A DNA stretch of 64,000 nucleotides from Phoronis australis (lineage: Eukaryota; Animalia; Phoronida). The stretch spans positions 1,740,278-1,804,277 of the forward strand of contig NMRA01000001.1 in the NCBI GenBank assembly GCA_002633005.1. The letters are read 5' to 3'. Made by a program: the position numbers and the translations under genes. Every line of letters starts with the position of its first letter. Position 1 is the stretch's first letter. Of the stretch, positions 1-13,630 are shown one piece after another. The notes beneath the pieces were generated by a model that had not been told where the DNA came from, searched no databases, and worked only from the letters and a program-made list of their open reading frames with translations.

Positions 1-3000
1 ACTAAATCTTCTGTACATTTTTGTCTTTGTTTACACACAAATGTTTATTTTCCCATACTTCATCTTTATTATGAGCTCCTCTTTTACTCAGCGTGTTATT
101 TTTCCTGAAAAGCTGAGCCCTTATCAGTTTGAATGAAGTAAATCAGTAGAGATTTAGTCTTTTAATTAGGGTCATGCATGAAAAAGTCCCTATTTTTATT
201 TTCAATAATATGGGAAACTCAGCAAAGAGTTTCTTATCAGTAGCCCTACGTAACAAAGCTAAAAGTTGAGTTAGTGAGGATGACAAAATAGCATTAAAAA
301 GTTCATTCATGTTTACAAATGCAATCAAGTTAAGTTGTTGAGGCCTTGCTTTAAGCAAAAAACTACCATGCAAAAGGGGGAGACAGAAAAATCTACCCTG
401 TAAAATGGGGTGGGAATTACCAGATCTGACACCTGCAATAGGGGATCTCTTAGCAATTTTTGGTACAGGCCTGCAGGCACGTTGCCAATATTAGTGACCC
501 CCCATATGAGCAACACCCCTATTCCCAGGCAGCTCATAGTTTGGCCAGGCCAAATACTTATCTACTACGGTTACAGAGTGACAACAACCATCCAATGGAT
601 AGCAGAGAACTAAAATCTAATCTATTTTGGCTATTTTTATTGTATTTCTTTAAGTAATCAAAATTCCAATACGAGTCAGGAATTCTTTTTCAGAAACCAT
701 TACCCTGTTGTAGGTGCTGTGAGAATTTCTAATAATTACATAGTCACATAAGGTGTTAATAAATATTAAACTTGAATGACCTTCGTTGTTGCTGCAACAC
801 CTATTTTTTCCTGGAACTCTAGCTGCCTCACACATGGCATTCCATGATTCCCTCATGTGCTGTAACTCATGATTGACATTTGCCCCTATGCTAAATGAGC
901 TGTTAACTATAAATTTTGCATGGATGATATTTTTATTTGACAGGTGATTAATGTAGCACTGCTAATCTATAGTTTTCTGTTAATAATACAATGATTTTAC
1001 ATATTTGACTATAAAAACAGTCAAGTCAAATAAATAGTGTTGTTCAGTTTGCTGAACAAGTTTCTGCCACTGCGTAATTGCATATTGTGTTCAACAACTC
1101 AGGACTTGGGCAAACATTAAGTTTAAACCATTGATTTTCCTATCAGTGTATGACCAAGGTGTAATCATCTAGACCTTAGCTGTTCAGTGAGTTAACACAA
1201 ACAGTATTGGCTATTGTATTGTTTGGGAATTTTCGCGGGTTTGAGGTATGTACATAATTTGTTTTTTAGGTTCAAGTGAACATGTTTTGCTCAGGTTCAA
1301 TTAATGTTGTTTGTTCAGGTCTGTTGGCACCTGCTCAGAAGTACTGAGTTATAACACCGTGTTTCAAAAGGAATATGAACAAATTTGCTGGCATGGGAAT
1401 GCAACAGGCCTTCAGTTGTTCAAAAACCTTGAAGATGTGGGATTTTAAATTACTGGACTCTCGTACTGGTACATAACATTTTGTTCATCAGTAACTGTAA
1501 AGTGATTAGTTATATTTTATAATTGCGTCCTGTATTGGCAGTCAGTCCTGTACATTGGCATTTTGAACAGCTGTTGGGATTAAAGCATTGTGTTGATGGG
1601 CGTGTTCACCGTTCAGCCTAGTGTTGTTAAACATTTACAGTACAGTAATTTTCAGATTCTGTGCGACTAATAAGAGCTATCAAATTTCTTTGTTTGTTCT
1701 GTTTGTTGTTTTTATTTTGAAAGAGTAAAGCATTCAAGGTATTATCACTGAAAATTACATTCCTAATTTATCTGGAAATCCAGAGGAGGATTTGTTTCCA
1801 ACCACAGATCAATCAAGTCTATTGTTAAACATTCCTGCAATCTTTTATTATAATGAAGTCATCATTAACCTCACTGGTAATTGCTATCCACTGTCAAAGA
1901 AACTTATAGATCAGTATTTTTGTACAGTGGAATTATATTGAGGATTGTTAATGTATGAAGTGCAATGAAATGGGACAAAGTTTAATGTGTAATCCTTTTC
2001 AGTTAATGTTTGAAACAATGCATGTGTCATTTCAAATTCATAGACAGATTTAGGGAGCTGCTCAGGGGGCCTCGGCCTCCCCCAGACACACACGACATGT
2101 CGGGGTCCATGTGGGCATTTGGTACAAAAACTGGTGGGCCCCCATTTACGACATCCTCGATGCGCCAGTGTAAAATTACTCATTTTTTTTAAACTGGCTG
2201 CTTAGTTCCTGGCCAATATTGACATATTTTGCTCGACTTGAAAGATATTTTGAGCCTTGTTTAGTCATGGTTGGTTTTCATAAAAGTTAAGGAGTCTGCG
2301 GTAAAAATTTCCAGTTTGGCGAGAGCTTGTACCAGATTGTAGAAGTAGACAATATTGGATACCGGTATACCAATTAAAGATTATTATCAACAACCAAGGA
2401 CTGTTTATATTTGGGGATGCATGGAAATGTTTCTATGATTTTTTGGATTGCCAATTCTATATTTTCAGATTTTTAATGCCAAACGCAGTTATGTGTGCTA
2501 TTGATGTCGAGAAACTTGAGCACCAAAATCATCCATTTTTTGGTTTTATTAATTTTTGCTTTTGAACAGAAAATGCCCGGGCAAATGACAAAATGTAATT
2601 GCATGCATTTTTTTAGTTTTGGATACTTTTATTTTCTTCAAAAATGGATTACAGATGCATGATATTTGGTTCACCTTTGATATTGACAGTCTTCCCTTTT
2701 TGACTGTTTCTGAAAACAATGAATAATTATTTAGCAGATTTAATTAGCAGATCAAGGATTGGCAGTTTTCACTCAGTACGGTACATTCAGTAGGTATCTT
2801 TCCATAAAATTCTGCCAAGTGTAAAATTACTGCTTTATGTTTCAAGTTATTTCCTTTTAGCAATTCTGTGCTACAGGTTATAGCCCTATCCAGGATCAAT
2901 AACTGAATGGAGTGAGCAATAGATCCACATTTATTTTTGATATTTTCAGAATGCAGTGTGGCCTTTTCCATGTGCCTATCAGTGTGCCACAAATATTTGA

Positions 3001-3517
3001 TACATTAACATTAGCCTGACTGCCGACAGCCCAGTGCCCACATGGTGGGGTATCCATCCAACTCATTCTAATGTCCATATTCATGTCAGGTGTGCATCAA
3101 GCCTCCTGGCGTTATGTTAATCAATGTATCAAATGCAATGTTACCACAGACTGATGTTTTCCTAGTAAACAATAGTTTGTCGAGAGAGCTGATCAAAGCT
3201 TACTCTGATGTCGGGTAATGAACTGATTGCTGCTATCTTTTGTCCCTCTGCATTATGTTTCATTTGTTTATAACCAGTGCTTGTTCTTTTGCAGCTTAAC
3301 AATTGTTTTTAATGCACTTGGTGAACACTAAGAAATCAGATGTGAGGGCAAGACAATGAAGTTAACAGTGATCAATCCAGTACCTGTAAGTCACCTATTT
3401 TCATCTCCTGATGAATGGAAAAATCTCACCAGTTTAGGATACAATGTGGCCAACAAGGAATTTTTTTTTCATTTCTTGTCACATATGATGACTCACAGTA
3501 AGTAAATGCCCCGTTAC

Positions 3518-4803
3518 TATGCGCCCACATATCATGTGGACGCATTATGCTGTCATCTCCGTCCGTCCGTCTGGCTTCCGCTGCTCTATCTCCAAAACCC
3601 TTTGACATACGTTCATGAAATTTGGCACATATGTTCCTTTCATGAATGGGACGGCACGAGTGAACTTTCTGACAGATTCGACTACTGGTGTGTCCCCTAG
3701 TGGCAATTTTATTTTTTACACTTACCTCTATATCTTCAAAGGTCCTCAACATATTTTCATGAAATTTAGCATATAGGCATCTATTAGTGAGATGACGCTA
3801 TCCTCCCGTTTTCGGATGGATTCAACGAAGTTTGCACCACCTAGTGGCCATTTTTGTTGTTTTCGAATCTGTTTTTTGGCGTCCACCCCTCTATCAACCA
3901 AACGGCTCTAAGGATGATTGTGAAAATTGGCATGTGTGTTCTTACTACATAGTTGACGATGATTTTCCGACGACTTTGACTACTGTGGTGCCTCCTAGTA
4001 GTATTTTTGTTTTTTTTGAGCCCATGGCTATATCTCCTAAACCGTTTGTAGCATCTTTGCTAAAGTATAGCAAGGGTATTAACATTATGTTCATAACGGA
4101 TGACAACAACTTTCGGACAGATCTGAGTACCACTGAGTGTGCACCCTAGTGACAATTTCAGATTTTTAGGTTTACCTCTGTGTCTTCAAAGGTCCTCAAC
4201 AGGTTTTCAGAAAATTTGGAATGTTGGTATCTATTGGTGAGATGATTCTATCCTCCCATTTTCGGATGGAATCTAGGTCATGTACTTTGCGCCACCTAGT
4301 GGCCATTTTTCCTGTTTTCAAGTGTGTTTTTTGGCATCCACCCCTCAATCAACCAAACCATTCTAAGGATGCTTTGTGGCGTGTATGTTCTCAGGTGTCA
4401 CACTGTGGCGCCTCTTAGTGATACTTTTGTTTTGTTTTGTGCCCATAGATGCATCTCCTTAACACACTGCATGGTCTTCATTAAATTTAGTAATTGTATT
4501 TATATGAAGCTAACAACAGACGACCTCTTTCAGGCTGATCCAATGAACGCTGTGCGTAATAATGGCAATTTCATTTTTTCCACTTTCCTTTGTTTCTCTG
4601 AAGTTCCTTGACAGATTTTTATGAAATTTGGTAAATAGCTTTCTATTAAAAAAGCCGCGGATGGCATTTTCCCGTTTTCAGGTGGGTTGGATGCTTTTGC
4701 ACCATCTAGTGGCTATTTTTATGAAATAAATAAACAACCCTAGAAGCACACCGTTTGCGTTGCATTCGTGGGCGCATTTCAACGCTACTGCGTTGCTCTT
4801 GTT
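3518..4803 (+). mobile_element. Non-autonomous Helentron-associated element (HINE / DINE-1-like) with ~8 internal ~150-bp tandem repeats
   Basis: 5' tatgcgcccac with a nearby inverted copy gtggacgcat, then a (GTCC)n microsatellite and a tandem array. The 3' end has gtgggcgcat, a caacgc-tact-gcgttg hairpin and ctcttgtt. Confidence 0.7.
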
Positions 4804-7800
4804 TTAAAATTCCATGCCATTGGTACCCTCAGATTATGTTTTTGGAAAACTGAGCATTCACAACAATGTTCAGTAGCCTTTGAAAATGAAACAAATTTTC
4901 CAAAATTGGTGAGATTTTGCAGTATGTTTCAATGTAACGTTGGTGCATGTAAATCGAGCTGTGTTGTATAATCTAACCAAAGTCCGGTCTACACTACGAC
5001 TTATCATACAACAACTTAACTCCTGGAATGAGTTGTCTCTAGGTTTAGTTGTAATTTGGACATTATTTGACTCGTGTATGACAACCTACAACACCTTCAA
5101 GGTAAGACAATTTTTTCTAGATAACTTGCCCCAGTGCAAGTCCTAGTGCATAAGGCAAATCTTATGCTGACAGGATTTGCACGCAAGTGGATGAGAAAGC
5201 ATGCACTATTTACCTCACTGAGAGTATCCAGCAAATTCCTCAGCACCTCAAATGCTTAATGGTGCTGTCACAGATTCGTTACACACCTTCGATATGGAAT
5301 GAGTATCCTGACTTGACTGTCGGTCTGATCGGACAGTAGGGATACAGCTGTGACCTTATCAGTTTGACAGTGGCAAACCAATGTTTATATAGTCCAGCTT
5401 TCTTATTGTCCACTTTCATCTGATAAGCTCATGCAATCCAGCAGTTATGGGCCTGACAATAACCGATATTTAAAAATACTATTTGCAAACAATTTTCAGC
5501 AAATGTTGTGAAGCTGATGTGGTTTAAAGGAAAATATACTCTCACCAAAAACCTTCCATGGGTTGACATAATTTTCTCCTGTTGATTCCTTTGTGTGACT
5601 GTACGCTCTGACCAGTTTAACCACAGAATTGTTTACCAACACAAAAGGCATGCTTTAGTGACAAGTTTAATCAAGAGTAATTAAAGAGTTTCAAGATTAG
5701 ACCATGATAGTGGAAAGTTTTTGATTTTTACACTCCAGGAGAATGGTGCCTAATGTTGAAGTGAGCTAGTCGCTATTCATTGGGTTTGTACATGTTTGAT
5801 GAGGTACCAATTACCGTCGTTCGTAAACCAACACACCTGTTTATCATACAAGTTTCAAAGTAAAAAAATGGACAATAAGTAAGGCAAACAACCAACACGG
5901 CTGTGATTGAAATGTAGTAACTAGCCATCGTTGGAATTTTTAAAATCGATATAATATAAGAGAAATCATTTTTTCAGCATCGCAGCTAAGCCACGACCAT
6001 TAATTTGTGAATCGATCAGGACGGGTTAGTCACAGTGTGGATTAGGCTCGCTTAGGCGTTGGGGTAACAAACCCCCAAATGTTTTCGTAGGAATTGCCTC
6101 GTGGCCAACGTGGCTGCAAACCTGCAGAAAAAAACGGAAGTAATTACCAGTAATTGATTAGTTGCGTGATTGCTCAGTTACATACATACCAGTATCTAAT
6201 CCAGTTTGTGCCATAATTGCCCTGGATCACTAATTCGGTAATTGCTCTGCTTTACACAACTGGGACCTTAGATCAGTGTTCCTGATACAGTCTTCTGAAA
6301 TTCGTGTAAATGTATTGAGTAAGTGAGACAGGCTGAGTTTGTAATGCTTTGTCAAGATTGCCTAACAAATAGACTTCTTCTGCTGGGTCAATTTGCTGAT
6401 ATATACTTTTAAAGGAGCTAAATGTATTTAAATGGCTAGTTGGAAAGTAAATTCCATATGGTCACACTATGCCATTTTAGTTGAAGTGTGCAGGGGATTG
6501 CTCCAATTTTTCCATTCATCTCTCATCCAATCCCTGAACCTGTATAGAAATGACTTGTTGTTACATAACCACATAAAATCCCAGGTCAAAAGAACTATCT
6601 GACTGGGCTTTCAGTCTTTTCAACACCTAGTTCCATTACTTCCTCTTGCAGCATATTGTGTACCTTATGTAAGTGTAGGAGTGACACTTGATCAATTGAT
6701 TCTCCAGTCATATTAGATGACCTGTTTACACATTCAGTCTCACATGTGCTGAAGTCTATAAGAAGTTGGTGATCTATGTAGCTAGAGAAACAGCTGTGAT
6801 ACATATCTTGGACCCCTGTGGTCATCTGAGGGGCTGCAAAGACCACCTGTTGCTATCAGCATGAAGTACAAGCTTGTGCACATCAGGGTGGGTACTGCTG
6901 GGTTTTAGTTGACTGTCTGTTACATGTTTGCATAATGTGTGTTTATTGTCAGTGCGTAGCTGGATAGTGCCCTGTTGTACTCTCACCTTGCGATTGGGAC
7001 TTATTTTGTCCAGGTCATTAGGTAAATAAGGAATTCACCATCAAAATGTAAAACTGACTTAAACTTTCATGGGCTGAATCCTAGGATATGATCCCTGGTT
7101 TCCAGATTCCGAGATGTCCGAACCTAATGCTTCCCCCCAGCCTCAGTGTCTGGATGTCCTAGTAATTTGAGGCAATTTATGTAGAGAAACATGTCATGAC
7201 TATGGAGTCCTGTTCATTTTTGTATTTACTTATTTGCTTACTTAAAGTGGCACTGCACAGGTGTCAATGGTGAATTCCTAACTGAAGTACTTTGGGCATA
7301 AAAAATATTTCCATACTGTTCCAATCTCGGATTGTTGCCAAATGAGCCGTCAACGTGCCATTTTTGAATTTTAGCAATCTTAGGGTTGGCCAACCCTAGT
7401 GACCTCTGTAGTATTTTCTTGAGACACTGATGGTTTTGATGTTCTTAACAGAAATACAAATCACAGTAAAGATTATTACGAGAGAAAGTTTACATATGGT
7501 CTTACCAAATTGTTGAAATTTAGCCAACTTCGGAACATCATATTTTATTTCAGAATTTGCTGATTGGATTTATATGAAACTTTCAGATGCTAAGCTTTAT
7601 GCACTGTTCTGCAAAATGCTGTTAAAAATTGATTTAAAATGTTTCTCTTTTTCATGAGGGGCTATCAAAGATAGGACTTTTATAATTTTGATGAAAAAAT
7701 CAAGTTTCATAAATTGAAAATAAAATGATAATTTAGAAAAGTGTAATAGCGTTTTTGAGATTTCATCAACATGTACATCAAACAAAATGTGGTCTTGTTA

Positions 7801-9115
7801 TTTATGCCATTGATCTGTGTGATTGTTCCTTAAATATTGTTTTTGCTAAATTTTATTAAAAAAGACAAGGTCACATGACCCAATTAATGCCAGTTTGGTG
7901 TAAAATCAATAATGAAACTCAAAAGGCCTACTTGAGATCTCGTATGTCATTGAATACTTTTTGAGTTGTGTTAACTCAGTGTACAATAACTAGAGGAGAA
8001 TAGGAGTGAGATCAGGTATGAGTGGCCTTTTGAATGCATCGTAACTCTGAATAACAATCGAATGTACTCAGCAGTCGACGCTTAGGCTAAACGCCAAGTT
8101 GCATTTGGAGACCTGGCAAAACTCTCAGGTCGCCAAGCGAAATCGACAAAACTGAAAATCTCGGACAGGCGCCTAAATCAATTTCCAGGTTTCTTCTCTG
8201 GGCGTCGTAAAACAACAGAAAAGTTCGCCGTAAATACCTAAATATAGGCGGTTAACCTTCATTCTCTAGCCAGTGTACGGACATAGAACGCAGATGACTG
8301 CACTGGGCTAGTGACGCGAATTTTGCCGATCTTGCCCGATTTTTGCTGAAAAATTCCTACTTGTGTTCATTTACTTCCTCTTGCAATTTAAACGTGGTTT
8401 CAATGTGCTGATTTCATGAAATGAACGAACAGTTGTGAATCGAAGATGATAAATCTTGTAAAACTGTTTGTAATTTAAAGTTTGGAAATCGACATGAACT
8501 TTGAATGAAATGAATTTAGAGGGATATATATGTGTTGTCTGACTTTGATACTCTCACAGTGGTGACTTTGTTGCGAATTTTTCCCCGAGGTTGCAATATT
8601 GGCAACCTGCATTGGTATTACTTGGATGCCATTGCTATCAATCAGAAACTCATTGTTTTTTTATTTCTTGGGTGAATCCCCAAACACTATTACAAAAAAA
8701 TTGAATAGGGTTATTGTTATCTGATAACTAGCGCCATACAAGAATGATTAATTGCTTGCTGATAACCTTTGCTAGTAGTGTTGTTCCATGGTTAGGAGAG
8801 TAATCCATCAGAGGGAACATTTTGAGGAATGAAACCTAGTATGTGAATTGTTAAAATATGCCACCACACAAGTGACAATTTGATGGCACGATGGTCATTA
8901 AACATTTATAAAAATGCTGGGAAATAAATCTGACTGCATTAAAAACCCATACAAAATGCAGAAAGATGTCCACCAAGCACTTCATTGCCATCTGGTAACA
9001 AGGTGTATTTCATCGTGATGCCCTTGTATTGAAATTGTACTGTTAATCCCTATAAAATCCTTCGAAAGGGTGACCTTTATATGGACGTTCCCTACCATTA
9101 GGTCCTTTATTCTTA

Positions 9116-9627
9116 AGGCCCTTTCATATTGATTTAACTATGGTCTGAGCGGAGCGTCGACGTAAACAGCGCAGTTAACTGGACCGTTCATACTGGCTTT
9201 GGTACCATCGAAGTAAAGGGTTGGTGACGCTGACGTCATTGAAGTTATCGCAAGGTAGCGCTGCACGCTAAGATTTTTTTCAATGTGACAATTTGGAACA
9301 TTTAAATGTGCTAAATGACATTAAACTTATTTTTAAATCGATTGGTTATCATTAAAGCGAAAAATAAGCATTTATTAGTGACGGCACTACTCTGTAACTG
9401 TTGACGATAACAGTGGCACCTGGCGATAACTTCGATTGGACCGGAGTTAAGCGTTCATACTGCACCGCAGCATCAACGCTGCGGCGTCAACGCTGCGGTC
9501 TTAAATCCACCAATTAACTGCGATGTTAACTGGAGCTGTTAACTGCGATCCAGGACCGGAGTTAAGCGTTCATACTGACCGCAACTCCCCAAATCATCGA
9601 CGCGTTGACGTTAGTATGAAAGGCCCT
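9116..9627. mobile_element. PIF/Harbinger-type MITE, ~510 bp, TTA target duplication
   Basis: tta|aggccctttcatatt ... agtatgaaaggccct|tta, with internal gttaac / ggagttaagcgttcatactg repeats. Confidence 0.8.
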
Positions 9628-10211
9628 TTAGTGAATGAGTATCCTAAGTTTCCTGGTGCCCACCTGTCAAAGTATAGTAGTCTAGTTCCCCCTACCCCTG
9701 TGCACTTGTCGCATAGCTCTATGTACATTGCAGCCATAGCTTGCCACTTGTCAATGAAGTTGTTTTTTAATGTTGCGAGGTAAGTTGCAACACATCTGAG
9801 TGAGGCAATCGTTCTTCAACAGAGTCTGCTGTCTGCTCAAAAGTTTGTTAGGGGCCCTATCTTTCGAATTTTAGGTCATGCACACAATACATTTAAATAT
9901 TTCCACTAAAGAGGTAAGGTGACTCCTGTATGTGGGAATTACATGGTTATTCCTGCAATTTTATTGAGTGGATAGATTTCACTACGGTTGCCATGGTTGA
10001 GTGTTAACTTTTTTATAATATTTACGCAGTGACAGGTGTGCAAATTGACTTGGTCACGCCACCAGGTGATTTTTCCCTGGTTGTTTTTAAACATCAACTG
10101 AACTACTGCATGAGTTGATTTTGATAAAACAGACCTCTAGTGCAGCAGGCACTGTAAAAGATCTGCGTTTGAAAGTGAGTAAAACATAGGTACGCTCTAT
10201 ATTCATATACC

Positions 10212-10290
10212 TGTGTGTGTGTGTGCGTGTGTGTGTGTGTGTGCGCGCATGTGTGTGGGCGCGTGTGTGTGTGCGCGCGTGCGTGTGTGT
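10212..10290. repeat. (GT)n/(GC)n compound microsatellite
   Basis: Visible alternating purine-pyrimidine tract. A variant copy lies at 17881-17957. Confidence 0.95.
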
Positions 10291-12640
10291 TGCATCATTT
10301 GTTAGAGTGGAACAGGGTTACGGTTTTATACACAAAATGGTGGTGCATCATATGTGCCCACAATGTCTTGATATTGAATATTCCGTAAAACTGATTAAAA
10401 CTTTTGTTCCTGATGGGCATTTTTGTATGTTTCTTTTAGGCAGACGATGAAACCTTCCTATTTTCAGACGGGCTTCCCATATTTTGCATCATTTAGTTAC
10501 GATACCGGAATAGAAGCATACCGTTTGTGGTGTAGTCATGTTGCTTTTGTTTCATTGTTGAAGTACTTTTAACGTTGTTGTGAATGGCCACATTTTTCAC
10601 AACATACAATGGTTAAGTTATGATGTAGAAGTTGAACATGGAAAAGCATTAATTTGGTTTGAAGTATCTTTCATTTAAAATCATAAAATAAAATGCCATA
10701 TTGTGTCTTAAATTGGTGAAACTTTACCGTAGGCATTTACTGGTACCTGAACAGCCTAAACGGGTACCTAAACGCCCGTCAAGTAAAACCTAGCAGAAGC
10801 CCCATAAAACATAGTTGGAGAATATGGATATTTTTCCGCTCGAATAAGACATGGTGATGACGAAACACTGAATGTTCATTACTCAAAAGTAAGCGAGTTT
10901 TGTATTTTTGAGTTGCTAAAGTTTGCAGAGAGGCTTTTTATACACTCACGTGGATGAATGTTGTCATCCCTTGCTGGAAGTTCACATGAAAATTGACATT
11001 TGGTTTCTATGGAAGACAACACGTGCTCATTTTATGGCATATTGTATGCAGTGGCATATTTTGTACTTCAGTGTCCTCTTTGGCATATGTCTTTCTTTCT
11101 GTTAAACAATTTGAAAAATCAAATAGTAGTCAAATCAGGTAATTTGAAGGGGTCCTTTTTCGACGAAAAACCTAGGTGGCGATGATTTTTGAACTAACAG
11201 TTCTTGGTAGAATGTTTTATGTTTGGCAGATTACGTTATGTCCAGGATAGAGCTCCAGTTTTTAACCATTTTCAGTTCTGACTTGTGCAGTGTCCCCTAG
11301 TGACAATTTTATTAGTTAACTTTTGGCATCCATCTCTCTATTTCAAATCTTATTTAGTGGCCTCCATTCTAACTGGTATAATATCAAAAAAACACGCTTT
11401 GTCAACTAGTAAAAGTATATATTTTCTGAAAGAAAAAAGATCAGAGATTATAAAAATATATATTTTTTGCCATTGTTATTGTTACTTGAACACCTTTTTC
11501 AAGTAAAATTTCATTTTTCAGAAAGGTACATTCATAGCAAATTAATGCCTGGGTCAATTTTATTAAAACCTTTTTTAAATAAAAATTTCACCAGTTACCT
11601 CAAAAGCGCTGTTAGGAATTTTTGATTAGTGTCTTAGTTTGGTTTCTGTGACAAATCCAACTTGCAAAACGTAAGGTGTTTTTTGTGAAAAAATAGCAGT
11701 CGTATTCATCTTTATTACATTACGCAAAAACTAGGCCTTTATATCGAAAATCCTGAGTTTTTGAGATTGATGAATAAATGTTGAGTTTGGAAAGTTTTAG
11801 TGAAATTCACTGAGCCGTTTTCGAGAACTAGTGTTCCTAAGTTTAAATTAAGTTGATTTGCCGAAGCCGAGAAAAAGCTGATTAAGTTGGGACACGTGAA
11901 AATCTCAAGGTCTGGTTAATTCTTCCGTGAAAACTTGTTTTTGGTCAATAGAACTGATGCATGCCTTAACCTTGTTCACTATTTCAATATTCACTCTCAA
12001 TGTCAATTAAATTTGCAGTACGCAATTTAATTATCGCTAAAACGTTTAATTTTGTTACCCTCTCCAGTCTGAGAGGGGGATCAACTTAAAAGTAGGTCAA
12101 CAATTCACTGTTACACACACCATGCGCCAGGAGACTGATATGAAACCAAGTCTGTTAAAGCACGTGGTGAGCATGAGATGGATGAGGCGAAATGTCAAGT
12201 TTCCTATAAAATTAAGGAATTTGGGTGGGGATTTATCTCTTTTCACAAGTTGCTGTGTTTGTGAACACAAAGTCACAGAGGCATGAGGTGACTTAGAGCA
12301 TTCGTTCTTAATGGTTGTATGCATGCAAACGCACAGCTCCCTCAGGATCAAAACCGTGTCCATGGCATCTTTCTATCTAATGTACACCCCGTTGACTCAA
12401 TATTATGGCAACTCGATAAATGAAACGACTGAGGGAACGTAGGGAGCTGCTCTGTGCCTAGCGGAAGATTCGATTTGAGTGACAGCCCCGTAACCCATGA
12501 CCTAAGATAAGTAGCAAACAAATTTCCATGCAGTTGTGCAATTCCGAGGTGGTTCTGCTCGATCTTTTTTTCTAGCTACTGGTATATATTTCGTATTTGA
12601 AGCCCCCCGAGAATGAAGATAAGGTAATTTATTAGATATA

Positions 12641-13630
12641 CCGTAAACGTTCGGGTTAACGCCCATACTCAGTTAACCGCCCACCCCCTACTTTAGGTGG
12701 ATTTTCGATTTAACCGCCTACTGCTCGGTTAAGCGCCCCTTGCGATTTTGAAGATTTCTAGTTAAGCGCCCACCTCTCGGTTAAGCGCCCATCCCCGACT
12801 TAGAATGAAGATTTAGCGCCCAGTGCTAAGGAAACACGCAATTCCCCGACTTTTAGAAAAAGATTGATGATCACAATGAGCGCAACGACGCCGGGCCTCC
12901 GAGATGGTGGTTTAGCAATGTGAATTGCAATTATACAATTTTTTTTTTTTTATACAATTAACGAGTTGTTGTCTTGGGTCATTGACTCACTTCAAAATAT
13001 AATACTTGAACGTTTTTGTCACTTTATTTTCTTCACATGTTTGCAAAGTTTAAGAACGCCGCCGGCGTCAAAACCTCCGCTTTCAGTGACTTTGTCTGCC
13101 CTGCTGAGTTTTCGTCTGCAGTGCACTTGATAAAACATATATTCGAAAAAATCAGGCCAGAGAAATGAGACAGTGGTTATAAGTATATAGTCACGCCCGT
13201 TTCTGTTATTTAGGACTGTCGCTATTCTCTTTTGATGAGTGACTTTGTAGTGGTGCACGCGCGCAAGTTCCCACACTTTGGAGTGCATGTTACCTTGACA
13301 CCAACATGTGATTGACAGGTGACTCGTATGTAGGCCCTACGCGTGTGCTGAATCCCGCCGCTATCTTTGGCCATAAAAAACGAGATGCATATTGAAAGAG
13401 GCCGTTATATTACTTGACGGCATTTCCAAGTCACGATTGTCAGCCGACTGAGACATTGCGCGCTAACAACGGGACCAAACAGTGCCGCAGTGNCCCATGT
13501 TCGGTTAACCGCCCACCCTGGATTTTTTGAAGTTTCACGTTTAAGCGCCCATGTCTGGTTAACCGCCCACCCCCGATTTTTTTGGTTTGCCAATTCAAAC
13601 CTCCCAGGGCGTTTACCCGAACGTTTACGG
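12641..13630. mobile_element. Tc1/mariner (pogo-like) MITE, ~1 kb, TA target duplication
   Basis: 24-bp TIRs ccgtaaacgttcgggt(t/a)aacgccc with TA on both sides and subterminal ttaaccgccc/ttaagcgccc repeats. The empty site is visible at ~20464-20480. Confidence 0.9.

Noticed and set aside
143-856. Several 65-76 aa ORFs on both strands
   Set aside because: No recognisable motif or consistent splice structure.
3518-4803. Regularly spaced conserved motif suggesting a CRISPR-like array
   Set aside because: The spacers are homologous to each other, the period is ~150 bp, there are no cas genes and the context is eukaryotic. It is a tandem repeat.
6595-6846. 83-aa minus-strand ORF with protein-like composition
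   Set aside because: No family motif, a weak acceptor, and no partner exons.
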